DNA of 64,000 nucleotides. Source: Ostreococcus lucimarinus (lineage: Eukaryota). Location: the NCBI GenBank assembly GCA_000092065.1, contig CP000587.1. The stretch is one strand, 5' to 3'. Below, piece after piece: positions 48,900 to 57,839 of this stretch. The notes under the pieces were generated by a model. It had not been told where the DNA came from and made no database searches. It worked only from the letters and a program-made list of their open reading frames with translations. How positions within the stretch are numbered: the stretch's first letter is position 1; every line of letters starts with the position of its first letter. The position numbers and the translations under genes were made by a program.

Positions 48900-50699
48900 A
48901 TGGCGCCGTCGACGCCCGCGGCGCGCGTGCCGACGATGCGCCGCGCGCGCGAGGACGAACCGGTGACGAACCTGTCCGTCGCCGCGCTCGGCGCGCTGTT
49001 TCTCGCGAACATCGCGCTCGTGATCCTGGGCCTGATTCTCATCGTCGTCGGACGACGCGCGGGAGGCGTCGGAAGCGTCTTCGCGCACGGCGGACTGGAC
49101 GATCCGCTGTTTGAGAACCCAGGGACGTCGGCGAGCGTGATCGGGACGCTGCTGTGCGCGCTGGCGAGCTATGGGTTGGCTGGGTTGTATCACCGAAACA
49201 AGACGTACTTGTTGTCGTATCACGTGTTGAGCATATTCATGCTCGTCGGGATCATTTACGCGTGCGCGGTGATGAACATATATAAAAGCGCGAGCGCGGA
49301 CATGGTGAGGAATTATTGGCACACGTTTCAACAGAACACGAACATCACGGGGATCACGCGCGTCGGTCGGCCGACGCGGTTGGACCACGCGGTGTGGATA
49401 ATGCGAGTGGAGGAAGCGCGCGCGGAGGCGAGGTTGTTTTTGAGAACGGTGGCGTCGTGCATGGGGGCGTCGATATTCTTCATTCTCACCGCGCTCGGGT
49501 GTACTGCGTACATTATGGGATTGAAGTACACGGGGGTGTACGTCGGGATAACCACAAACGTGGCGGGCGTGGCGTTCGCGCTGACGCTCTTTGTACTGTG
49601 TTACTACGTCGCCAAGTCTACATACAACGTTCCAGATGCAGTGTCGATGAAATTTGACGTCGCGTTCATGCACGACGTCGGTGTAAGCGTGCCCCCAGAG
49701 GCGACGACTTTGTTCAACACGCTGAGAAAGTCGCCGGATTTAATCTTTCAGACAGCCGATCCATCAAACGGTCGTCGCCGACTGTTGCAGAGCGGCGATA
49801 ACTCGACACAGTCTCCGCCGACGCCGCCATCGCCTTCACCGCCGCCGCCGCCATCGCCTTCACCGCCTCCTCCTCCGGACGCCGACTGGCAGGCGCAGTC
49901 GGTGTGGGTGTTTGAGGAGCGTCACGTGCGAGTCGATAACGTGCAGTACAACTTGACTTTCAAGTTGGCGTTGGCAGGAATCAGTGGCGATGATCTTGAT
50001 GAGTCTTTCAGCGCGTGGGCGGCGAAAAAGATTGCCGATTTCGGTGAAATCACGCCAGACAAGGTTTACGTGTCTGAACTCAAGGCGGGTGCAGAGCACA
50101 AAATTGGTGGCGTCTGGGCGCCGCGATTTCTCGCCGCCACTGCGTTCATTATCGCATTCTTTAACGTCTATGGCCTGGTGGCCATTTACAAGGACGACAG
50201 GTTCTTGATGGCGACGCACTTCTGCTTCTCTTTTACTGGCATCCTGTTGATGATCATCGCGGCGGCGCTCGTGAGCAAACACGCCGATGCGACGTCGCGA
50301 CTCATCAGCAACAACTGGCATTCGATACAGAACAAAGTAATTGGTGCAGGCGTAGAACCTGTCGATGCCGGTGCTTTCGCGCGAGCGCACTTCAAGGCTG
50401 CCGCGGCGCTCGGCATCACCGTCATCGTCTTACAGGTCACGTCCATAGTCGCCACGCTGTTAAACTTTTTCAGCAACGAACCGTCTTACACGCTTCTTAC
50501 GCCGGGAAAAAGCGGCTCTAACAGCAACGGTGCGACGATTGGTAGATTTGCAGGCGTCGAGCTCGATTCCTTCGACGAAGAATACGGCAAGCGAGGCAGC
50601 TTGAGTCAACAACGCGGGCACACTCGACGAGGCAGCGACGGCTTGGTGCCGTTGGGCAATCTCGCCACGCCGCCGAGTAAACACTTTTCGATAGATTGA
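48900..50699 (+). CDS. 8-TM membrane protein with two tetraspanin-like 4-TM halves joined by a Pro/Ser-rich linker
   Basis: Track ORF 48624..50699 overlaps the P2X start. A plausible ATG is at 48900 (MAPSTPAARVPTMRRAREDEPVTNLSVAALGALFLANIALVILGLILIVV); alternative at 48936. Each half has 4 hydrophobic helices (..CALASYGLAGLY.., ..LSIFMLVGIIYACAV..; second half ..FLAATAFIIAFFNVYGLVAIY.., ..FSFTGILLMIIAAALV..). The linker is SPPTPPSPSPPPPPSPSPPPPP. Confidence 0.45.
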   Translation: MAPSTPAARVPTMRRAREDEPVTNLSVAALGALFLANIALVILGLILIVVGRRAGGVGSVFAHGGLDDPLFENPGTSASVIGTLLCALASYGLAGLYHRNKTYLLSYHVLSIFMLVGIIYACAVMNIYKSASADMVRNYWHTFQQNTNITGITRVGRPTRLDHAVWIMRVEEARAEARLFLRTVASCMGASIFFILTALGCTAYIMGLKYTGVYVGITTNVAGVAFALTLFVLCYYVAKSTYNVPDAVSMKFDVAFMHDVGVSVPPEATTLFNTLRKSPDLIFQTADPSNGRRRLLQSGDNSTQSPPTPPSPSPPPPPSPSPPPPPDADWQAQSVWVFEERHVRVDNVQYNLTFKLALAGISGDDLDESFSAWAAKKIADFGEITPDKVYVSELKAGAEHKIGGVWAPRFLAATAFIIAFFNVYGLVAIYKDDRFLMATHFCFSFTGILLMIIAAALVSKHADATSRLISNNWHSIQNKVIGAGVEPVDAGAFARAHFKAAAALGITVIVLQVTSIVATLLNFFSNEPSYTLLTPGKSGSNSNGATIGRFAGVELDSFDEEYGKRGSLSQQRGHTRRGSDGLVPLGNLATPPSKHFSID

Positions 50700-50822
50700 A
50701 CGAGACATTCGTCGTGGAATCGGTCGCGCTCACCGCACATGCACATGAATAGCACATAGCCGCGCGCCGCTGCTGTAAAGATTAAACGTCTGGTACAGTA
50801 TAAACTATCATACAGGAGTGCG

Positions 50823-51686
50823 TCACGAATCGCGAACGTACGCGTCGAAACCATCCATCGCGGTGAGACCTCGGACGGCACCTCTATCGTCGAACGGTGT
50901 CCAAGACGCATCGTCGGGCGCGAAGATGCGCACCGTACGCCCGCTGCCATCCACCGCGCTGAAGTTGAACCTCGCTATCGTTCGCGTCATCGCGTCCAAC
51001 GCCTTTCCCGCCGACTTCGGCGACCGGTGCAGCACAGCGGCGTCCTCGAAAACACACAAAACACCACCGCGCGCGTCGATCGGCACGAAATTCCCCTTTC
51101 GCACCGATTTTGACAATATCCCTTGATTCTCAAAATCAACCTCGAAAGTCTCCGTCGTCGATTCCTCGTCCTCGTCGGCGTCCACGAGCGCGTGCTCGAA
51201 CCATTTCCCTCCGCTCGCCTCTTCCTCCTCCTCCTCCGCCGCCAAAATCGCGTGCGCGACGTACGCCCCCGCCATGTACCCATCCCTGTGCCACATCACG
51301 TTCGTCCCTCGATGCGGCGCGAACACCCCCGCGTCGCCCGCCGCCGTCGCCGCCGTCGTCGTCCCGAAGAGCGCTCGAAAGATCCTCTCGTGGATGAACG
51401 TCTCCAGCGCCGCGCGCGCCTCCGCGCGCTCGCCCGCGCGCGGCGTCATCGCGCACCCCTCGGCGTTCGCCGTCCACGCGCGCGGCGTCCCCATCGTCGC
51501 GCGCAGCGCGTCGAACGCCTCTCTCTCTCTCTCGCGCGCGCCCGTCCCTCGCGCGCGCACGCGCGCGAGCGGCGGCGCGCGCGTCGAGCGGCGGCGCCTG
51601 TAGCACACCACGTCGACCCCATCGCTCGTCGCGCGCGCGCACGCGTCGACGTCGTCGCCGAACGCCGCGCGCGTCGTCGTCGGCAT
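50823..51686 (-). CDS. possible 2OG-Fe(II) oxygenase superfamily protein (HxD...H...R pattern)
   Basis: Track ORF 50823..52499; the upstream ~270 codons are Ser/Ala/Arg low complexity. ATG at 51686 (MPTTTRAAFGDDVD...); alternative MGTPRAWTAN. Candidate facial triad/2OG ligands: VMWHRDGYMAG ... AVLHRSPKSAGKALDAMTRTIARFNF. Weak call. Confidence 0.35.
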   Translation of the reverse strand: MPTTTRAAFGDDVDACARATSDGVDVVCYRRRRSTRAPPLARVRARGTGAREREREAFDALRATMGTPRAWTANAEGCAMTPRAGERAEARAALETFIHERIFRALFGTTTAATAAGDAGVFAPHRGTNVMWHRDGYMAGAYVAHAILAAEEEEEEASGGKWFEHALVDADEDEESTTETFEVDFENQGILSKSVRKGNFVPIDARGGVLCVFEDAAVLHRSPKSAGKALDAMTRTIARFNFSAVDGSGRTVRIFAPDDASWTPFDDRGAVRGLTAMDGFDAYVRDS

Positions 51687-51711
51687 CGAGTTCGTTACAG
51701 CGCGTCGCGCG

Positions 51712-53025
51712 ATGCCGCGCGCGGCGGCGCTCGCGCGCGCGCGCGCGTCGTCGACCGTCGCGACGGACGCGCGACGTAGGCGTCGAGCGCTTCGACGCGC
51801 GTCGCGCGCGCCGTCGCGCGTCGACGACGACGCGGACGCGTTCGCGACGCTCGACGACGCGCGACGACGCGACGAAGCGCTCGACGCGTACGTCGCGCGC
51901 GTCGTCGAGGCGCGCGCGCCGCGCGCGAGCGACGTCGGAGCGATGATCGTCGCGAGCGCGAGGGCCGGGATCGAGCGCGGACGGGCGAGGCGGGGCGAGG
52001 CGGTGAGCCGCGAGGCGAGGATGGCGGCGGCGAAGGCGCGAGGCGACGCGGCGACGGCGTTCAACGCGGCGATCTCGGCGTATAATCGCATGGGAATGTC
52101 GGAATCGTGCGTGGCGTTGATGGAAATGATGCGCGATGCGCTCGACGTGGCGCCGGACGTGGTGACGTACGCGCTGTGCGCGAGCGCGTTGACGAGGGAG
52201 GGGAGACTTCGCGACGCGGAGGCGACGCTCGAGCGCGCCTCGGAAGCGTTGCGAAGAGGAACGCGGCCAAATAGGAAACAGAAGAAACGCGCGAAGAATG
52301 ATGATGAATGGTCGATGGTCGTGTTGAGAGATAGCGACGGGATCGCGGCCGTTGTTAAGCCGGCGGGCGTGCTGACGCATCCCGTCGAAGGCGGCGGGAG
52401 TGAGCTCACGCTCATGGACGCCGCGCTCTCGCGCTTTGACGGACAGCTGAGCGATTTAAACGGCTTGGATAAGCGCGGAATTGTGAGTAGATTAGACAAA
52501 CCGACGTCTGGGGTGGTGTTGCTGGCGAAAAATAACGCCTCTCACGCCGAACTCTTGACGCAATTCTATCAGCGGTGTGTGGTGAAACAGTACTGTGCTT
52601 TGCTCGACGGGACGCTCCCCGCCTCCGGCTCGGAGAGCACCCCGCTCGACGGAAGATCGGCGACGAGTGAGTACGAAGTGATGGAAACGTTCATCGGACC
52701 GTCGTGGTCATATTCTCTCGTGCGCGTCGAGCCCAAGAGCGGTCGAAAACATCAGATACGGCGGCACATGGCTTTGCTCGGTGCGCCGCTCGTCGGCGAT
52801 CCGCTGTACAGGACTGCTCGCACGAAGCAGATCAATCCGAACCCGCCCGAGTGTGTGTTGAAGGCGCTGTCGGTGGGAAAACCCGGAACGATATTCTGGC
52901 TTCACGCCAGTGCCGTAGAATATAGCGGTATGCCAAACGGAGAGCGAATTGTCGTCTCCGCACCGTTGCCGAGCGCGTTTGAGACGCTCCTGGCGAGTCT
53001 TCGCGCTGGCGCGCGAGACGAGTAG
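51712..53025 (+). CDS. RluA-family pseudouridine synthase with N-terminal PPR-like helical repeats (organellar)
   Basis: ATG at 51712. R/A-rich presequence. PPR-like segments: AFNAAISAYNRMGMSESCVALMEMMRDALDVAPDVVTYALCASALTREGRL. Catalytic RluA motif: GIVSRLDKPTSGVVLLAKN (Asp in RLDxxTSG). Then HQIRRHMALLGAPLVGDPLY. TGTAA in the 3' region. Confidence 0.75.
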   Translation: MPRAAALARARASSTVATDARRRRRALRRASRAPSRVDDDADAFATLDDARRRDEALDAYVARVVEARAPRASDVGAMIVASARAGIERGRARRGEAVSREARMAAAKARGDAATAFNAAISAYNRMGMSESCVALMEMMRDALDVAPDVVTYALCASALTREGRLRDAEATLERASEALRRGTRPNRKQKKRAKNDDEWSMVVLRDSDGIAAVVKPAGVLTHPVEGGGSELTLMDAALSRFDGQLSDLNGLDKRGIVSRLDKPTSGVVLLAKNNASHAELLTQFYQRCVVKQYCALLDGTLPASGSESTPLDGRSATSEYEVMETFIGPSWSYSLVRVEPKSGRKHQIRRHMALLGAPLVGDPLYRTARTKQINPNPPECVLKALSVGKPGTIFWLHASAVEYSGMPNGERIVVSAPLPSAFETLLASLRAGARDE

Positions 53026-53122
53026 GATAGATTTTGGAAAACGAATCAGATTATATTAACGGTGTAATTGTTGACCTCACTGCGACGAGTTAAGCCTCTA
53101 GTTTTGTTCTATCGCGCGTTGC

Positions 53123-55131
53123 TTAGTTGCCGTAGCCCGAGTTGTCCATCGGCGAACCGCCAGCTGCGGGCTCTTCATCCTCCGGGATTTCGCACACCAC
53201 CACGTCGGAAGTAAGGAAGATCTTCGCGACGGAGCAAGCGTTCTCCAAAGAGCAACGAATGACCTTGGTCGGATCGAGCACACCACCCTTCATGAGATCC
53301 TCATACTCCCCAGTCGCCGCGTTGTAACCAAAGTTCGGGTCCTTAGAGGACATGACTTTCTCGCACGCGACGGAACCGTTCACACCGGCGTTGTGCGCGA
53401 CGAGACGGATCGGGTAGGACAAAGCACGCTTGATGATGTCCGCACCGACTCGTTGCTCGTCGTTCTCCAAGGTTGCCTTGATTTCATCGACAGCCGCCGC
53501 AAGCTTCAAGAAGGTGCAACCACCGCCAATGACGATGCCTTCTTCGACGGCGGATTTCGTGGCGTTCAACGCATCCTCGACACGAAGTTTCTTCTCCTTG
53601 AGCTCAGTCTCAGTTTGAGCACCGACTTGGATAATGGCAACACCACCCGAAAGACGCGCCGCACGTTCGTTGAGCTTCTCCTTCTCGTAGTCTGCTTCGG
53701 TGGCTTCGACGAGGCGGTTAATTTGTTTGACGCGAGCAGCCACTTCGGCGGCGGTGTCGCCGGCGCCAACAATGGTGGTAGACTCCTTGCCGAGTTCGAC
53801 GCGCGCGGCGTTACCGAGCACTTCGACGCCGCACTTGTCCAAGCTCAAGCCGAGCTCTTCCTTGACGACGGTACCACCGGTGAGGATGGCGATATCTTCA
53901 AGGTATTGGCTCTTACGCTCGCCGAAACCTGGCGCCTTGATGGCGGTGATCTTGAGCGAACCGCGAAGTTTGTTCACGACGAGCGTCGCGAGGGCTTCTT
54001 GTTCGATGTCTTCGGCGATGATCATGAGCGGGAAACCTTGCTGAATTGCGGCTTCAAGGATGCCAATCATGTCGCGAGCAGTGCTAATCTTCTTGTCAAC
54101 GAGCAGCAACTTACATTGATCGTACACGCACGTCATGCGCTCGGGATCCGTGACGAAGTACGGAGAGATGTAACCGCGATCGAATTGCATCCCTTCGACG
54201 ACGATCAGGTTGTTGTCGACGGATCGCGCCTCCTCGAGAGAGATCACACCCTTGCGACCAACCTTGGCCATGGCGGCGGCGATCATTTCACCAACTTCCA
54301 TGTTACCGCCGGCGGAGATGGAGGCAACCTTCGCAAGTTCCTCGTCGGCGACGTCCTTGGAGAGCCCTTTAAGAACTTCAACGAGCGCCTTAACCGTCTT
54401 GTCCATACCGCGCGTGAGCTGCACGGGGTTAGTACCAGCCATGACAATCTTCATACCCTCCGCAATCATCGCCGCAGAGAGCACGGTGGCCGTCGTGGTG
54501 CCGTCGCCTGCTTGGTCGTTCGTCTTTTGCGACGCTTGTCTCACGAGCTTCGCACCGACGTTTTCAACCGGGTCTTCGAGGTCAACCTCCTTGGCCACGG
54601 TCACACCATCGTTCACAATCTTCGGAGAACCGAACTTGGACTCCAAAACGACGTTACGACCCTTCGGTCCGAGCGTCACGCCCACGACGCTCGCGAGTTT
54701 ATCGACGCCCTTTTGCATCTTCTTCAACGCCGACCCGTCGTTTTTGTTGAAGTACAAATTCTTCGCCGCGGCAACCACGCTCAACGGCGCGCGCGTTCGC
54801 GCGCCACCAGCGCGTCGCACATTGACGGCGATCGTTTTACCTACGCATTCATACGATTCACGGCGTCGTCATCGTCAGTCTCTCGCGCCTTCGCCTTTGC
54901 GCGCGCGTCCCGCAGTCCAAACCTTCTCCAGGCGATAGAATCATCCTTCGAATGCTTCCAATCGTCGCCCTCGCGTCTGATCCTTCGCCGCGCCGCGCAT
55001 CCGACGCCCTCAAATCATGAAGTTACTCATCACGTTCCATTCGCATCGCATCGCGTCGCGCGGGTCGGTCGCAACGCACCGTCAGCGACGCGCGTTCGCG
55101 CGGAAAAAGTGGCGGCCGTGGCGCTGCGCAT
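53123..55131 (-). CDS. CPN60B: chloroplast chaperonin Cpn60 (GroEL family, beta-type), two exons
   Basis: Track ORF 53123..54820 starts at GTG with a stop 17 codons upstream, so it has no initiator Met. Exon 1 is 55080..55131 (ATG 55131; [17 protein letters not shown] + g), followed by donor GTGCGTTG. The intron is 54841..55079 (239 nt), ending CGTAG. Exon 2 is 53123..54840 (gt completes Gly; [101 protein letters not shown]...). The phases match (1+2). The resulting 44-aa presequence is transit-peptide-like. Equatorial/apical GroEL motifs ([20 protein letters not shown]-terminal Gly/Met-poor tail ...[12 protein letters not shown]). Confidence 0.85.
54841..55079 (-). other. intron 1 of Cpn60 gene (GTGCGTTG...CGTAG)
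   Basis: Inferred from the need for an ATG-initiated transit peptide, plus phase and splice-motif consistency with the other introns in the window. Confidence 0.55.
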
Positions 55132-55588
55132 CGAAAAACGCAGCCGCGCGTCGTCGTCAGTCCTCGCTCGCGTCACGAATCGTCACGAATCGGTCGTGAA
55201 AATATTTATTCATCGATCGTTTGTCCTCGCCTTCGTCGCGCGCGCGTCGTCGCGTCGCGCGCGCCGCGTCCCGCGCCCGCGAGGGATGTCGCCGCCAGGG
55301 TCGGGCGGGCGTCGTCATCGCGTCACGCGACGCGTCTCCGACCTCCGCCCGGCGTCGTGGCGCGGCGCATTCGCGAGAAAGAATATCTTTTCGTGCGTGT
55401 ATGCGTACCTCATCGTCGTCGTGGCGAACATCGTCGTGTGCGTCGTCGATGAATGGCGACGCGATGGGGCGCCCTTCGCGAAAACCTTAACTTGAAATAA
55501 AAATGGGTTCGGACATTTGAGACGTATTTAAGAAGTGGTATCACGTGGCCATGGGCGACGGGATCGACACGGCGCGCGCGAGGCGCGG

Positions 55589-57763
55589 CTACGGACGCGC
55601 GGTGGCGAGGACGTCGTCGTCGATCTCTCCTGTCAACACGCGATGGATGTGACGCTCTTTCTCGCGACCGAGCTCGGCGAGTGGGGAATCGGGGATGGAC
55701 CAGATGCGGACGGCGCCGTCGGCGGAGGCGGAGACGAGCGCGCGGGCGTCGGGAGCGAAGGCGACGGCGACAACGCGGGCGCAGTGGCGAGGGGTGATGG
55801 CCGTGAGGTCGCCGGATTCGTAATCGAATACCTTTACGATGCGGTCGGTACCGGCGATGGCGATGGAGGCACCGTGGGGGTGGGCGATGGAGAGAGTCGC
55901 GAGCTCGGCGTCGGCGGGATCGTCGACGACGCGAAGCGTGGAGGCGTCCGCGGGGTCCCACCAGGTTATCTTGCGGTCGGTTCCCGTGGTAACGATTTGT
56001 TTCTCGTCGGGATGTACGCCTATGGCTTTAAAGTACGTCGAACCGAAGAAAGAGACTTGGCGCGTGCGGCGAAGGATGTCCCAGACGACGCACGAGCCGT
56101 CGTCAGAGGCGGTGACGGCGGAGGCGTCGTCGTTGAACAGGGCAATGTCGTTCACGGACGATCGGTGTTCTTTCATGGACGCCTCGAGCGTGATGATGCT
56201 GCCGTTAATCACGTTCCACAGTCGCACATTACCCTCTGAACCACCACTGATGATTCCAGAAGAGTCTTTCATCCCTCGCAGCGCGGTCACTTTATCGTGC
56301 GCGTTGGCGGCGACGAAGAACAACTCGCCAGTCTCGCGATCGTGCGCTCGAATCTTCCCATCGTCCCAGCCGCTGAGCAAGGTATCGCCATCGGGCATGA
56401 AGCTCACGCACAAACATTTCGACGTGCAAGGTTTGACGTCAATCTTCAGCAACAGTTTTGCCGTATCGGTTGCCCACACGCGAACCTCCGAGCCGCCGCC
56501 CGTGGCAAAGTATTGGCTTTGCTTTCGAGGGAAAGCCACGCTCGTGATCCCGAACGCGTGCGAAGACTGTTCGCAGATAATTTCGGGAAGAATCAAGCAC
56601 TTGGATGTCAAGGGATGTTGGGCACAGTATTCCAAGCGCAGCACCTCTCCGCTCGAAGTGCCGCAATAGACGTCAAACGTCTGCGAAGCGTCGCGGTAAC
56701 ATTCAGCACCTATATATCCATTCCTCAAACTCAGGAGAGCTTCGTGCACGTACTTGCGCTTCGCGTAGTCACTCTTGCACTTTTTTGGATACTCCAAGCC
56801 TTTGACATTGGATTGAGGCGACCTCGCGACGGCTACACTCGTCACCGCCCCGTCGCCTACGGTGCGGCAGGCTTCAAATTGAAGTACGCAAGAACCGTCT
56901 TCGCGCCTCATCAGCGACAAACTTCCATCGCCTGCACCCGCGAGCAAACCATTACGTACTATTGTGAGCGAAGAAACGCCTCGCGATATGTACTTTTTCA
57001 GCGTGAAAGACTCTTTGATGACGCGATTGGGAATGGATACGCACAGCACATCCGCGCTCGCCGTTCCCAAATACGCGTACTCGTCGTTCTCATCGACCGC
57101 TATCGATAAGATATCCCTCTTAAGAATACCCAGCTTAATAGGTTCGAGTTGTAGTCGCTTCGTCATAGCGTCGTACTCCCACGCGCTCACGGCTAATTCG
57201 CCAGCGGTCAAGAAGTGCGTGCTAGAATGGCGCAAGAACGCCACCGTTCTGACTTTACCGTCCAAAGGTGCTGGAGAGCCGCAGAGTGCGTTTCCATTAG
57301 AAACATTCCACATGACGACCCTACGATCATTATCACCACCGATACTGGCGAGCGCGCTCTCATCCGTGCTAAACGCCAACGCGACGACTTCTCCGATGTG
57401 CAAGGAGAGGCGCCTCGCGACGGCGTACGTCGTCCCGACGGCCTCGTTGCAAGCTTCCCAGAGTATGATTTCCGCGACGCCACTGGAAATGCTCTCGCCA
57501 GAAGCGATGAAACGACCCGATGAAGACACTGCCAACGCTGTGACTTCTCCGGCGTGACCGTGGAGAAAAGTAATGTGTGACGTTTGGTGTTCCCGCGTGG
57601 GCGCTCCCTCCCTCGCCTTGGAGTCAGTGCGGGGGCGAGAGATGGCTATGGTTGCGCCGAGGGGGTAGACTCGAGACTCGCCGTCGGGATGAAGATGAAA
57701 GCCATTACGCACGGATCCAGCGAAACCGACCGCGGCATCGAGAGTGAGCTCCGGGAGGGACAT
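55589..57763 (-). CDS. CFAP52: WD40-repeat cilia/flagella-associated protein CFAP52 (WDR16)-like
   Basis: ATG at 57763. N-terminus MSLPELTLDAAVGFAGSVRNGFHLHPDGESRVYPLGATIAI (cf. CFAP52 LEAVIGFNGHV..HPD..HLIYPLG.TV). Further collinear blocks: ILWE, VVMWNVSNGNALCGSPA, LSGWDDGKIRAHDRETGELFFVAANAHDKVTAL, ISGGSEGNVRLWNV, LEASMKEHRSSVNDIAL, VTASDDGSCVVWDILR, IVTTGTDRKITWWD, RIVKVFDYESGDLT, SASADGAVRIWSIP. Confidence 0.75.
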   Translation of the reverse strand: MSLPELTLDAAVGFAGSVRNGFHLHPDGESRVYPLGATIAISRPRTDSKAREGAPTREHQTSHITFLHGHAGEVTALAVSSSGRFIASGESISSGVAEIILWEACNEAVGTTYAVARRLSLHIGEVVALAFSTDESALASIGGDNDRRVVMWNVSNGNALCGSPAPLDGKVRTVAFLRHSSTHFLTAGELAVSAWEYDAMTKRLQLEPIKLGILKRDILSIAVDENDEYAYLGTASADVLCVSIPNRVIKESFTLKKYISRGVSSLTIVRNGLLAGAGDGSLSLMRREDGSCVLQFEACRTVGDGAVTSVAVARSPQSNVKGLEYPKKCKSDYAKRKYVHEALLSLRNGYIGAECYRDASQTFDVYCGTSSGEVLRLEYCAQHPLTSKCLILPEIICEQSSHAFGITSVAFPRKQSQYFATGGGSEVRVWATDTAKLLLKIDVKPCTSKCLCVSFMPDGDTLLSGWDDGKIRAHDRETGELFFVAANAHDKVTALRGMKDSSGIISGGSEGNVRLWNVINGSIITLEASMKEHRSSVNDIALFNDDASAVTASDDGSCVVWDILRRTRQVSFFGSTYFKAIGVHPDEKQIVTTGTDRKITWWDPADASTLRVVDDPADAELATLSIAHPHGASIAIAGTDRIVKVFDYESGDLTAITPRHCARVVAVAFAPDARALVSASADGAVRIWSIPDSPLAELGREKERHIHRVLTGEIDDDVLATARP

Positions 57764-57839
57764 GTTGTGAGGTAGTCTAATTTTAGCGGTCTGGCGGTGT
57801 GTGTCCTTCGTATGGAAATTGGAAAATCAACAATTCTAA

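Noticed and set aside
50823-52499. Full 558-aa reading of ORF 50823..52499(-) and the 414-aa ORF 51136..52380(-)
   Set aside because: Residues encoded above 51700 are Ser/Ala/Arg low complexity and overlap the PPR-RluA gene on the other strand. Only the C-terminal ~287 aa looks like a real protein.
53393-55495. 700-aa plus-strand ORF 53393..55495 and 242-aa ORF 54210..54938
   Set aside because: Antisense to the Cpn60 gene and its intron. Translations are Arg/Ser/Leu-rich without domain resemblance.
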